The position numbers were made by a program, and so were the translations under genes. From Candidatus Latescibacterota bacterium (GTDB lineage Bacteria > Latescibacterota > UBA2968 > UBA8231), in contig JAYYVF010000055.1 of assembly GCA_036343635.1 (NCBI GenBank), positions 1 to 64,000 on the forward strand: DNA of 64,000 nucleotides, in the 5' to 3' direction. Under the pieces are notes generated by a model, which saw only the letters and a program-made list of their open reading frames with translations, had not been told where the DNA came from and ran no database searches. Shown here piece after piece: positions 38,847 through 48,869 of this stretch. Numbering within the stretch: the stretch's first letter is position 1; each line of letters opens with the position of its first letter.

Positions 38847-40202
38847 CTACAGCAACCCAAGTGAACGATCTAATTCAAGAAAGCCTATAGCCCTATCTCG
38901 TCTTGCTAAAGCTAAATTAGTCTGTGTTCTGACTAACAACAGTTGAGCATCCAATATTTCTAACTGTGTCCCCGCTCCAGTAGAATATCTTGAACGCGAC
39001 ATTTGAATAGCTTTCTCTGCCTCTATTAAAACCTGCTTTTCAGCATTAACTCGGGCAACTGCTTCATCAATACGCCGAACATTCATTTTAATTTCCAGTT
39101 TAATTTTTCTATGCAAATTTGAAAGTTGTAAACGTACCGCCTCTGATTGCGCTCGGGCTTGGCCTATACGAGAACGGGTAAGAAAGCCGTCGAAAACTGG
39201 AATACGCAAGGTGAGTCCAGTGGACCAACTCTTTCTCCATTTAGCATTTTCATCTACCAATCTATCGCTTTGCATCTGCGCCTGACCAGACATAACAAAA
39301 TCAACTACAGGCCAACGTGCCGATTTTTCCAAACGAATTTTCTGTTCCTGCGCTCGAAGTTGATGTTTCATCGCTTTTAAGTCGGGCCTCATTTTCAAAG
39401 CAACAAAAATGAGACTGTCTATACCTATATTTTCCCACAACGATTGGCGAGAGAGGTCTCCTTTTACATTTATTGCCGTTTCTAAATCTAAGCCAATTAT
39501 ACTTTTCAGGTTGAGTTGAGTTAAAACAATGTTGTTGACAGCCGCGATAGAATCAGCTGCCATAGACGAAACATGGCCACGGGCCCGAAGCTCCTCAAAT
39601 GTTGATCCCCGACCTACGGCACGTCTTGTTTTAATTAAATCCAAACTTTCTCTGGCATTCTTTAACGCTAAATACGAAACCGATGCAAGCTCTATTGCAA
39701 CTAAAACATCGTAGAATGCATGCTCTGCCTGCGCAACTACGCTCTGTCTTATTGATTGCCCTTGCGATTTACTACCCAAATGTGAATATTCCGCAACATT
39801 TTTTGACGCACTGTTTCTGCCACCTGAAAACAGAGCCTGTCGTAATCCAACGGCTGTACGCATATCGTTTTCAGATCCTATTGTAACCGAAGCACCATTG
39901 AAAACAAAGGACGGCAACATCCAGTTCTGATCGTAATTTGCCATAACATCAACTTGCGGGAGTAACGATGAACGTGCCGCAACGATAGTCAATGCTGATT
40001 CTTTTTCCACCATTTCCTGTACACGAATTATTTCACTATTCGCCAACGCATACTGGACAACCTGTGCACGGGTTAAATCCAATCCATATACATTGGGCCA
40101 AGACAAAAACACTGAACTGAGCATTACTATATAACCCCTAAACCAATCGTGCTTTATTATTTTCATAAAATATTTTGATTTATTGTGAAAAAAAAACAAC
40201 AT
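38847..40202 (-). CDS. TolC-family outer membrane efflux protein
   Basis: 451 aa with a signal peptide and two OEP repeats with characteristic helical coiled-coil segments. Confidence 0.85.
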   Translation of the reverse strand: MLFFFHNKSKYFMKIIKHDWFRGYIVMLSSVFLSWPNVYGLDLTRAQVVQYALANSEIIRVQEMVEKESALTIVAARSSLLPQVDVMANYDQNWMLPSFVFNGASVTIGSENDMRTAVGLRQALFSGGRNSASKNVAEYSHLGSKSQGQSIRQSVVAQAEHAFYDVLVAIELASVSYLALKNARESLDLIKTRRAVGRGSTFEELRARGHVSSMAADSIAAVNNIVLTQLNLKSIIGLDLETAINVKGDLSRQSLWENIGIDSLIFVALKMRPDLKAMKHQLRAQEQKIRLEKSARWPVVDFVMSGQAQMQSDRLVDENAKWRKSWSTGLTLRIPVFDGFLTRSRIGQARAQSEAVRLQLSNLHRKIKLEIKMNVRRIDEAVARVNAEKQVLIEAEKAIQMSRSRYSTGAGTQLEILDAQLLLVRTQTNLALARRDRAIGFLELDRSLGLL

Positions 40203-40511
40203 CTTCTAAAAATCATTCGATTAATAAATTTTTATATTTTTTTAAAAAATATTTATGCGACAAAAATCAAATCAGTATTTTATAATGCCTATTTTCCAAC
40301 TGGAATTATACCCACCAATATCTTTGAGGAAACTATCGCCAAACTTTAAGATAACTTAGATTAAATTGGTACAAACAAACTTATTTAAAACAATTATTCT
40401 GCAGATTCGGACATAGGCTTGAATCGGTAACAACTTTGTCTACTTTTACATTGAAAAGATAAAACATTTTTCGCATATAACCTAAATCTCATAGTAAAAA
40501 AGGAACTTTCG

Positions 40512-41813
40512 TTGAAAATAGAGGCCCTACGAATTACACCAATAGCCGTGGACGATCCTCCGCTTCGCAACGCGGCTGGACTTCATGCCCCATATGCGCT
40601 ACGAACGATCGTTGAACTTGTTGGTGACAATGGAGTAATAGGACTGAGTGAGGTGCCCGGAAGTGACTCGACAACAAAGGCACTAAAAGATTCAGCTATT
40701 ATCCTCAAAGGTTTAGACCCCTTCAATATAAATAAAGTTCTGCATGAATTAAGTCAACATTTCGGGTCTAAGAGTAAAATGGGTTTCGAATATGATGAGC
40801 GTGGGCGGGCTCCATGGGATCAACGTCTTTTGGTACACGTATTTAGCGCGATAGAAGTAGCCTGTTTAGACCTAATAGGCAAAACAATAGATCGGCCCGT
40901 GGTAGATCTGCTTGGTGGTCGCTGTAGAGACCGGGTCCCCTTTTCGGCCTACCTTTTCCTAAAGGAAAAGGGTGCAGGGGGAGCTTTAGAATTTTCAACT
41001 GATTCCTCTGCCATCGGTTGGCTAGCTGCAAGGCAAGCCGCAGCACTAACCCCTGAAGAAATAGTTTTTCAGGCTAAATCTATGTGCAAAACCTTTGGTT
41101 TTTCCTCAATAAAACTGAAGGCAGGTACATTACCCCCAGACATAGAGGTTGCATGCATGTTTGCGCTACATGAGACATTTGGTGAAAACGTCCCACTGCG
41201 CATTGATCCTAACGCTGTTTGGAGTATCGAAACCTCAGTAAAATGGGGGCAAAAAATGGATGGCATCTTAGAATATTATGAAGATCCCACGCGTGGTCAA
41301 AAACCCATGTCAGAAGTGGCTAAACGTGTTTCTATGCCACTGGCTACAAATATGTGTACAACGTCTTTTGATGATCTTCCAGAAAGTATTCAATTAGGTT
41401 CAGAATCTATCATTTTGGCAGACCATCATTTTTGGGGTGGGCTTCGCACGTCAGTTGAGCTTGGAAGAATTTGCCAGACCTTTAATCGTGGATTATCCAT
41501 GCATTCTAATAGTCACGTCGGAATCTCGCTAGCCGCTATGACTCATCTGGCTGCCGCTGTACCTAATCTTACCTATGCGGTGGACACTCATTATCCGTGG
41601 CAGACTGACGAAGTCATAAAGGGTGGTAAATTAGAATTTGAGGACGGAAGTCTTGCAATCCCTGATGGACCGGGATTAGGTGTGGAGTTAGATCAAGATG
41701 CCCTCAGCATTCTCCATGAAAAATATAAAGACTGTGGACTGACCCACCGGGACGATCAGATAGAAATGCAGAAAATTGATCCGGAATGGACCTTTCAAGC
41801 TATGCGTTGGTAA
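40512..41813 (+). CDS. Enolase-superfamily dehydratase (D-glucarate dehydratase-like, MR/MLE family)
   Basis: 433 aa. TTG start with RBS AAAAAGGAAC. The N-terminus aligns to GudD (ITPIAVDDPPLRNAAGLHAPYALRTIV), and metal-binding region KLKAG...DPNAVW is present. Confidence 0.8.
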   Translation: MKIEALRITPIAVDDPPLRNAAGLHAPYALRTIVELVGDNGVIGLSEVPGSDSTTKALKDSAIILKGLDPFNINKVLHELSQHFGSKSKMGFEYDERGRAPWDQRLLVHVFSAIEVACLDLIGKTIDRPVVDLLGGRCRDRVPFSAYLFLKEKGAGGALEFSTDSSAIGWLAARQAAALTPEEIVFQAKSMCKTFGFSSIKLKAGTLPPDIEVACMFALHETFGENVPLRIDPNAVWSIETSVKWGQKMDGILEYYEDPTRGQKPMSEVAKRVSMPLATNMCTTSFDDLPESIQLGSESIILADHHFWGGLRTSVELGRICQTFNRGLSMHSNSHVGISLAAMTHLAAAVPNLTYAVDTHYPWQTDEVIKGGKLEFEDGSLAIPDGPGLGVELDQDALSILHEKYKDCGLTHRDDQIEMQKIDPEWTFQAMRW

Positions 41814-41849
41814 TTTTTAACAATGAGTTACCCTGTTCAGTAGCTCGTT

Positions 41850-42128
41850 TTAACAATTATCATGTTCTTTTCCTTGTGATTTAAATGAGGCCTCAATCAG
41901 CCAATCCTCTACCTCAGATCCTCCCACATCTACGAGCATATGACCATTAATATCTACACAGGGAGTCATGTATTGACCCGTTTTTTCCACCATTTCCCTA
42001 TACGCATCAACATCATTTGAAATGTCGATTAAATTAAACGGTATTTGATGCTTTTCTAAAACAGATATTACCCCAGATGTCCAGGAACAAAATGGTTTCA
42101 TATAAACAGTAGCCTCGTATTTACCCAC
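41850..42128 (-). CDS. Glutaredoxin-family protein (CxxT/S active-site variant)
   Basis: 92 aa with thioredoxin fold. TVYMKPFCSWTSGV...TPCVDINGHMLVDVGG resembles glutaredoxin TVP...GG. Confidence 0.65.
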   Translation of the reverse strand: MGKYEATVYMKPFCSWTSGVISVLEKHQIPFNLIDISNDVDAYREMVEKTGQYMTPCVDINGHMLVDVGGSEVEDWLIEASFKSQGKEHDNC

Positions 42129-42329
42129 GGATTCCTCCGACTATTTTTATTTCAATTGACATGGTCTTTAAAACTGCAAAACAAATTAAGCTTTTATACA
42201 ACAATCGAGTCATAGCGTTAACTACGTTCATGGTTTAGTTTAAGTTACAAATAAACATTATACTGTTTCTCAAATTTGCCGATAATAAGCCTAACAGAAG
42301 TTAAACAATATTTAGATAATAAAAATACT

Positions 42330-43364
42330 ATGGCTGAAAACGACACAATACCCGAAGATGGATCTGAGGAAGAGGAAATTCCCCTAGACCAAAAGGTTGC
42401 AATTGTAATGGTTGCCCTTGGCGAAGAGGTTTCTGGCGAAGTCATGAAATTTCTCTCTGATTATGAGATTGAAGAAATAACACAAGCCATCGCCTCACTA
42501 AAAAATATTTCCGTCGAACTAATGGATCGAGTCCTTGAGGAATTTGAACAGCACCTCATGGCCGGTGAATGGATTAGCCAAGGTGGAGAAGATTTTGCTC
42601 GTGCAGCTTTAGAACGAGCCTTAGGTCCTCAAAAAGCTGCTGAGATACTCGAACGCGTTTCGAGTAAGGTTGCGTCCGGTTTTTATATGCTTAAAAATGT
42701 AGCGCCGGATCAGATTGCCCCTTTTATCAGTAGCGAACACCCTCAAACAATTGCCTTAATTTTATCTCAATTAGACGGGGCTCAAGCTTCAGGTATTCTT
42801 TCACAACTCCCCGAGCGTCTTCAATCAGACGTAGCCTATCGTATCGCAACAATGGACAATATCACTCCTAACGTAATAAAACAAATTGAAAGCAGTTTGG
42901 AGACGCAATTGCGAGATATTTTGGGTGGGAATCAAGACGTCGGCGGCCCACAGGTCGTAGCGGATATGTTAAATCTAACAGGATCAACGGTCGAAAAAAA
43001 CGTCTTAGATCAAATGGATGCACAAGACCCAGAAGTCGCAGAATCCGTACGCAATCTAATGTTTGTGTTCGCCGATGTAGCCAAATTGACAGAGAGGGAA
43101 CTTCAAGCACTTATGCGCGAGGTTGATCAGAAGGATATTATCATCGCATTGAAAAATGCAGATGACGAATTAAAAGAAAAAGTCTTAGGTTCCGTATCGG
43201 AAAGAGTGCGTACATTTATTCAAGAAGAAATGGACTTTCTCGGACCTATGCGCTTAAGCGAAGTTGAGGAAGTACAATTAAGAATCGTCCAAATGGTTCG
43301 TCAGCTGGAAGAACAAGGTCAAATCACTATCATGCGAGGCGACTCAGACGACCAATTCGTATGA
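42330..43364 (+). CDS. fliG: Flagellar motor switch protein FliG homolog (solitary)
   Basis: Full-length FliG architecture with N, middle and C domains. Conserved motifs include MFVFADVAKL. ATG at 42330. No other flagellar gene within the window. Confidence 0.85.
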   Translation: MAENDTIPEDGSEEEEIPLDQKVAIVMVALGEEVSGEVMKFLSDYEIEEITQAIASLKNISVELMDRVLEEFEQHLMAGEWISQGGEDFARAALERALGPQKAAEILERVSSKVASGFYMLKNVAPDQIAPFISSEHPQTIALILSQLDGAQASGILSQLPERLQSDVAYRIATMDNITPNVIKQIESSLETQLRDILGGNQDVGGPQVVADMLNLTGSTVEKNVLDQMDAQDPEVAESVRNLMFVFADVAKLTERELQALMREVDQKDIIIALKNADDELKEKVLGSVSERVRTFIQEEMDFLGPMRLSEVEEVQLRIVQMVRQLEEQGQITIMRGDSDDQFV

Positions 43365-43368
43365 TTTC

Positions 43369-44238
43369 CTAAGAGAAAAAATAAAAGGGATTGTACTTAC
43401 GCTCTTCACCAACCGTTGTAGCAGGGCCGTGACCAGGAAACAGTACGGTTGAATCAATCAAAGATAAAATGTTGCGTTCAACAGCTGATTTTTGAATATC
43501 ATAATTCTCTTTTTTTCGAGTGCCTCCTAGAGATCCAGCAAATAGAGCGTCACCGACAAATGCGAATCCTTGTCCGATATATGAAATTCCCCCTGGAGTA
43601 TGTCCATTCGTTTCTGCTACACGCAATTGGATATTGCCCACGTTAAGCCGATCATTCCCTCCTATTTGTCCCGTTATTAAACTTGCATCATCCTTCAACA
43701 TTGTAGCATCTGTGCTACTAACGAAGACCTCCGCACCCGTCTCTTGGACAAGATCCCGCAAAGCCGTAATATGATCGTAATGTCCATGAGTTATTAAGAT
43801 TTTTTCTAAACAAGTAGTATTTCTCTCTATCAGTCCCATAATTTTACCGAATTCAAAACCTGGATCAACAAACGCCGCCTTGTTCGTATCGGGGCATACA
43901 AGCAAAAATCCATTCATGGTCATAGAGTCAGTTTCTCGACTTGGATTTTCATGTAACGGGATCATATCAATATGCACGCCAGATATAGAATTCCCTAATG
44001 GTTCATGAGGGAAATATCCCCCATCGGCACTTACCTGGAGTTTGCCAATATCTAAACCTAACAAACCTCCAATTCGAGCAATAGTATTCCTTTCTGGGAT
44101 CCATTCGTACCTCTCTATGTCCTTCCATTTATTTAATTGAAGATCTAAGGCATGTGCAACATTTCTTACTGACAACTCTTGGCCTCTTCGAGCTTTCCCA
44201 ACTATATCACCGAACAAATCTTCTAATTCACTATACAT
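43369..44238 (-). CDS. MBL-fold metallo-hydrolase (hydroxyacylglutathione hydrolase-like) with N-terminal extension
   Basis: HxHxDH motif ILITHGHYDH with downstream His and Asp ligands. About 90 aa N-terminal helical region. Confidence 0.8.
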   Translation of the reverse strand: MYSELEDLFGDIVGKARRGQELSVRNVAHALDLQLNKWKDIERYEWIPERNTIARIGGLLGLDIGKLQVSADGGYFPHEPLGNSISGVHIDMIPLHENPSRETDSMTMNGFLLVCPDTNKAAFVDPGFEFGKIMGLIERNTTCLEKILITHGHYDHITALRDLVQETGAEVFVSSTDATMLKDDASLITGQIGGNDRLNVGNIQLRVAETNGHTPGGISYIGQGFAFVGDALFAGSLGGTRKKENYDIQKSAVERNILSLIDSTVLFPGHGPATTVGEERKYNPFYFFS

Positions 44239-44261
44239 AACAATCCTCCACGGAGAAAAAG

Positions 44262-44900
44262 CTACTTAGGCCGCAAACTAGAGATATAACGTTCAAAAGA
44301 TGCCTTATTTTTCTTTAAAACGATTTCTGGCCCAGTCAATTTAAAAAAGAAAGAACCGTAAGGAGATTCGACAATGGCTCCATACAGGAGATGATTTTCT
44401 AACGACTCTCCATTCCCCCCTGACATAGTGCCAACATTATATGTTCCAGAAATCTCCACCCGCTCCACATTCATCCCCGAAACACGTTGGTTCCATTGAC
44501 GCGAAATAGGAGGCCGATTTTCTGATTGGAATTGACCTATCCAACGGTTTATATTTGCCTGAGTACCGCCCCCTTGGCCCGGACCAAAATAAAACACCGC
44601 AATAATTCCGTCTGGCTCTCCCCCAAAACCATGTAAATGATACTCAGCAACTCTCATAGAATTTGATGGAGTAACAGCATGCCATTCTTCCGGAACACTC
44701 CCAATTACCCCACCAAGATCAATCTCTGTAATAATCCCTGACTCCGAAATCGGTAATTCAGGAGTTGTTTCAACAACTGCATTCGGATCAAATACTGTCA
44801 TGTCGAATTCCCGTAAAGCCCCTTTGACGTCTGAATCTGTAAAGTTTTGACTACAACAGGATAAACCGACAGAAACAACAAGCATATAGGTTTTGCACAT
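44262..44900 (-). CDS. Hypothetical secreted/lipoprotein
   Basis: Start taken at the internal Met (MCKTYMLVVSVGLSCC...) to avoid overlap with the PduO gene. Signal peptide present. No known domain recognised. Confidence 0.45.
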   Translation of the reverse strand: MCKTYMLVVSVGLSCCSQNFTDSDVKGALREFDMTVFDPNAVVETTPELPISESGIITEIDLGGVIGSVPEEWHAVTPSNSMRVAEYHLHGFGGEPDGIIAVFYFGPGQGGGTQANINRWIGQFQSENRPPISRQWNQRVSGMNVERVEISGTYNVGTMSGGNGESLENHLLYGAIVESPYGSFFFKLTGPEIVLKKNKASFERYISSLRPK

Positions 44901-44902
44901 GT

Positions 44903-45490
44903 TCAATTCTCTTCTTCCACTGTGCTTAGTCCTGGATGCCAAAGCACATCTATATCCCCTTTGTTATTTGCATGTCGTGCTAGTACGAATAGTAAATCTG
45001 ACAGCCTATTAAGATAAACTGCAATTTTGTCATTGATTTCCTCCCTTTTTGCCAAAGACCAAACACTTCGCTCAGCTCTCCGGCATACACTTCGGGCAAC
45101 ATGTAAACGAGAAGCTTCTGTAGTCCCTCCAGGTAACACAAAGCTATTCAATGGTTTGAGAGACTCATTATAAAGGTCTATTAATTTTTCTATATTTTCG
45201 ACATTTCCTTCACGTATTCTTAAATATTTATTTTCCTCTTCACCCTCTTCGAGCGGTCGACACAAATCTGCACCAACGTCAAATAAATCATTTTGGATAA
45301 TAGACATGACTTCATCTAAGTCGCTTCCTTTCGAAATAGCATCTCTAGCCAACCCTATAACAGAATTTAATTCATCAACATCGCCGTTACTTTCTATACG
45401 CAGATCATCTTTGGCTACCAGCGAACTGTCGCCAATATGAGTCATACCGCCATCACCGTTTTTAGTATATATTTTCGATAGGTTAACCAT
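44903..45490 (-). CDS. ATP:cob(I)alamin adenosyltransferase, PduO-type
   Basis: 195 aa with PduO/MMAB N-terminal signature KIYTKNGDGGMTHIGDSSLVAKDDLRIESNGDVDELNSVIGLA. Confidence 0.85.
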   Translation of the reverse strand: MVNLSKIYTKNGDGGMTHIGDSSLVAKDDLRIESNGDVDELNSVIGLARDAISKGSDLDEVMSIIQNDLFDVGADLCRPLEEGEEENKYLRIREGNVENIEKLIDLYNESLKPLNSFVLPGGTTEASRLHVARSVCRRAERSVWSLAKREEINDKIAVYLNRLSDLLFVLARHANNKGDIDVLWHPGLSTVEEEN

Positions 45491-45534
45491 CCATCGATCC
45501 TCCTCTTTTTACCATCTATAAATATTTAAATATT

Positions 45535-46116
45535 TCATAATCTTTGCCTGTAATGATTCGGATTTACTAATCCGGTTAACGACTCTGCTACCCTCTCATT
45601 CAATCCTAAGAACTTACAAAGCGCCCTACATTCCGCAAAAGGCTCAAAAACTAATTGGGAATAATTAATTGTGTGAGCTACCATGTTCGCTTGTTCGTCA
45701 AGCCATGATTGGGCTTCATGAATTTGATTGGACAACGCTCTAATTACAGCTTCGCCGTTTTCCCTTTTAGCAAAACCCCGATTTTCTAACATTACCTGTT
45801 GGGAAGCATAAATCTCTTCACAGTTACGAAGCATCAATATTACTCTATACTGCTCACAGGAAGGTAAGTATTGCAACAAGGGCGAGACAACTTTAACAAC
45901 CTTACCACGAGCCGACTTTACCCACTTTGCGGAGGTACGCAAATTCTTGACCGGTTGATATTCAAAATACCCCCCTGGGTTATCATCATCTGGCGAGCGA
46001 TGGCCATCTATCAATAATGGAAGTCCGGCCTGCTGAAGAAGGGCCATAACAAGAGATGTGCCGGAACGAGGCAGACCTGAAACTACAACCACCATCTCTT
46101 TGGGTATTACATTCAT
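45535..46116 (-). CDS. Sulfotransferase-family protein (PAPS-binding P-loop-like PRSGTS)
   Basis: 193 aa with 5'-PSB-like motif SGLPRSGTSLVMALL. Sits between btuC and the PduO gene in the same orientation. Confidence 0.6.
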   Translation of the reverse strand: MNVIPKEMVVVVSGLPRSGTSLVMALLQQAGLPLLIDGHRSPDDDNPGGYFEYQPVKNLRTSAKWVKSARGKVVKVVSPLLQYLPSCEQYRVILMLRNCEEIYASQQVMLENRGFAKRENGEAVIRALSNQIHEAQSWLDEQANMVAHTINYSQLVFEPFAECRALCKFLGLNERVAESLTGLVNPNHYRQRL

Positions 46117-46117
46117 A

Positions 46118-47134
46118 TTAAGAATTCGTTTTTTGCCGGCGCCCCAGCAGATACAGAAAAAAAGGGCATCCTAAAAATGCAGTAACAATACCAACCGGGA
46201 TTTCAGAAGTTCCCATTAATGAACGAGCTAACCAATCAGCCAGAACTAAAAGCACCGCGCCGCCAAGTAAACAGGAAGGAGACAACCATCTTTGGTCGGA
46301 TCCAACGATCAAACGCATGAGATGCGGAATAATAAGCCCTACAAAACCGATAATCCCACTAACAGAAACAGCTACCGCTGTTAACACAGATGCCGAAACC
46401 AATAAACGACGTTTTATCCCCTCAACATTCACGCCGAGATAGAGGGCGGTCTCTTCTCCTTGCAACAAAACATTAATGTCTCTGGATAATAGTTGTATAT
46501 ATATAGCGGCAACCAAAAGAGGCAACCATATGGTTCCTAAATGCTCCCACCCACGAGATGCAAAACTGCCCATCAACCAAAAGACAATACGTTGCATATC
46601 AAAAGGATTCTCGCCACTGATCATAAAAAAAGAAGTTGCTGCAGAGGCGAGAGCACCAACGGCTATACCTGTTAATAGGACGGTCGCAATTGGGAGTCGG
46701 CCTCCACGTCGAGAGATAGCATAAACCACCGTAGTAACAAATAGTGCCCCAATAAATGCACAAACGGTTACACTACTAATACCACCATACCAGGTATTGA
46801 TTCCGAAAACAAATGCCAGAGTCGCCCCGAGACCTGCACCAGATGATACACCAACAATATACGGATCGGCCATTGGATTCTGAAAAAATGATTGCATTAC
46901 CGCACCGCTTTGAGCAAGTGCAGCACCCACCATGGCCGCTAGAATTATTCGAGGTAAACGTATTTCAAAAATTATAACCGATTCAATACCTTTGTCATCC
47001 ATTGAACCTAAAAGTAGTGACATGATTTTGTCTAAGGGAATAACAACAGGACCATCCGAAAGAGACAACAAACAACTAAAGAATAAACAAACCGCCAACA
47101 ATATTATAATCCACCAATTTCCTAGCCGACTCAT
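46118..47134 (-). CDS. btuC: ABC transporter permease, FecCD/BtuC family (cobalamin/iron-siderophore type)
   Basis: 338 aa with about 9 TMs and a FecCD-family signature region. Confidence 0.85.
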   Translation of the reverse strand: MSRLGNWWIIILLAVCLFFSCLLSLSDGPVVIPLDKIMSLLLGSMDDKGIESVIIFEIRLPRIILAAMVGAALAQSGAVMQSFFQNPMADPYIVGVSSGAGLGATLAFVFGINTWYGGISSVTVCAFIGALFVTTVVYAISRRGGRLPIATVLLTGIAVGALASAATSFFMISGENPFDMQRIVFWLMGSFASRGWEHLGTIWLPLLVAAIYIQLLSRDINVLLQGEETALYLGVNVEGIKRRLLVSASVLTAVAVSVSGIIGFVGLIIPHLMRLIVGSDQRWLSPSCLLGGAVLLVLADWLARSLMGTSEIPVGIVTAFLGCPFFLYLLGRRQKTNS

Positions 47135-47147
47135 AGTTTGTCCCGAA

Positions 47148-48050
47148 TTACCTATTGGTTTGGTACGCTATAATAAAATCTGCAATCAACTCGAGTGCTT
47201 CTAATAGTCTCGGCCCTGGCCGAAGAAGCAAATCCGGTTCAACATAAATTACGTTCTCATCAACAATAGCTGGTATCCGTTCCCAGACAGGAGTGCGACT
47301 CAAACGTTCAATTTCTTCCGAAAGCCCCTGCTGGCCTCCCTCAACTTGGGTTGTGATAATAATTTCCGGTGACCACATCAATACGGTCTCTATACTTACT
47401 TGCGGCCATGAACCAACCGCATCTCGCGCGACATTGGTACCACCAGCAAGGTCAATTACGTCATCAATAATCGTGTTGTTGCCAGCCGTATAAAATGTAT
47501 TGTCCCCCAGCCCCCACATCACTTTAGGACGTTCAATTTGATCAACAACTTTCTGACTAACATTTTCAATTCGATCTTCAAATTCCGAGATAAGTGAATC
47601 AGCTCTCGATTCAACATTAAGGAAAATTCCCAGCCTTTGAATCGCATCTAATAATTCATCCAAGTCTTTGATCTCAAGAGAAAAGACGGGTATTCCTAAC
47701 CTATCTAATCCCTTTAAACTTTCTATATCATTACCTCGAATAGCAAAAACTACGTCGGGATTAAGCGCAGCAATTTTTTCCAAATCCAGCGTATTAAATC
47801 CAGCAACGACCTCAACAGACTTAATTTCCTCTGGAAAATTACAATATTTAGTTCTTCCAACAAGATGCGATTGTAATCCCAAAGCCCCAAGCAATTCAGT
47901 ATTACTAGGAGCTAATGACACCAACCTCTGGGGCGTTTCTTCAGAAGAAAATTCCCTTCCAAGATCATCGGAAATAATATTTTCATTTTCACCGTAAATA
48001 GATACACTTGTAAAAAAAAAGATTGTAAAAAAAACCTTTAAGTTTTTCAT
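47148..48050 (-). CDS. btuF: ABC transporter periplasmic substrate-binding protein, BtuF/FecB (class III SBP) family
   Basis: 300 aa with a signal peptide. Class III SBP layout (RLVSLAPSNTELLGALG...VVFAIRGND...). Confidence 0.8.
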   Translation of the reverse strand: MKNLKVFFTIFFFTSVSIYGENENIISDDLGREFSSEETPQRLVSLAPSNTELLGALGLQSHLVGRTKYCNFPEEIKSVEVVAGFNTLDLEKIAALNPDVVFAIRGNDIESLKGLDRLGIPVFSLEIKDLDELLDAIQRLGIFLNVESRADSLISEFEDRIENVSQKVVDQIERPKVMWGLGDNTFYTAGNNTIIDDVIDLAGGTNVARDAVGSWPQVSIETVLMWSPEIIITTQVEGGQQGLSEEIERLSRTPVWERIPAIVDENVIYVEPDLLLRPGPRLLEALELIADFIIAYQTNR

Positions 48051-48058
48051 AGATAAAA

Positions 48059-48859
48059 TTAATTACTCGTTTTAGTTCTAAGTGACATTGGCACAACCCT
48101 TAAAGAACCTGCGATATCTGTATCAATTTTAAGATCTATTCCAAATACTTTACTTAAGACCGAATCACTCATAGCCTCTTCCATTTTACCCTTTGTGCAA
48201 ATTCTTCCATTTTTCATGACAACCACGTCACGACAATAGGATGTTACCATATTAAGCTCATGCGTCGCACAGAATATGGCCAATCCGCAATCCTGGTTTA
48301 AATGATATAGAACGTCAAAAACTTCGATTTGATGGTTAATATCCAGATAACTGGTTGGTTCATCTAAAAGAAGGACCGAAGGCTGCTGGGCGAGGGCTCG
48401 TGCGATAACCACTCTCTGTCGCTCACCACCTGATAATTCGAGAACTGATCGATCAGCCAATGCATTGACATCCGTTCTTTCCATTGCTTCATCGACAGCT
48501 CGAAGGTCTTCTGGTTGTAGTCCTCTATAACTTAATAAATAAGGGTTCCTTCCCATAGAAACGACCTGATGAACCGTAAAATCGAAAGAATTGTGGACCT
48601 GTTGCGGCACAACAGCGATTCTCCGAGCAATCAACCGCCGTTTCCACGTAAAGGCAGGAGAATCAAACCAGCTCAGCGTGCCATTCCGAAGTGGCAACGC
48701 CCCAGCCAATGATCGAATTAGTGTGCTCTTCCCACAACCATTCGGTCCTATAAGGCCAATAAAATCTCTTTCACAAATACCAAGAGAAACATCGGTAAAG
48801 ATTGCCTCACCAGTGCCATAGCCAGCAGTTGCCTCACTTAGATTTATCAATCTTTGCAT
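48059..48859 (-). CDS. btuD: ABC transporter ATP-binding protein (BtuD/FecE-like)
   Basis: Walker A GPNGCGKST, ABC signature LSGGERQRV, Walker B LLLDEPTSYLD. Start placed at internal Met MQRLINLSEA (48859). The longer ORF-track N-terminus overlaps the riboswitch. Confidence 0.85.
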   Translation of the reverse strand: MQRLINLSEATAGYGTGEAIFTDVSLGICERDFIGLIGPNGCGKSTLIRSLAGALPLRNGTLSWFDSPAFTWKRRLIARRIAVVPQQVHNSFDFTVHQVVSMGRNPYLLSYRGLQPEDLRAVDEAMERTDVNALADRSVLELSGGERQRVVIARALAQQPSVLLLDEPTSYLDINHQIEVFDVLYHLNQDCGLAIFCATHELNMVTSYCRDVVVMKNGRICTKGKMEEAMSDSVLSKVFGIDLKIDTDIAGSLRVVPMSLRTKTSN

Positions 48860-48869
48860 AAAAAATACC

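Noticed and set aside
44900-44942. Longer start for the lipoprotein gene overlapping the PduO gene by 40 nt
   Set aside because: The internal Met gives a canonical signal peptide and removes the overlap. The overlap is more likely an artefact of the longest-ORF call.
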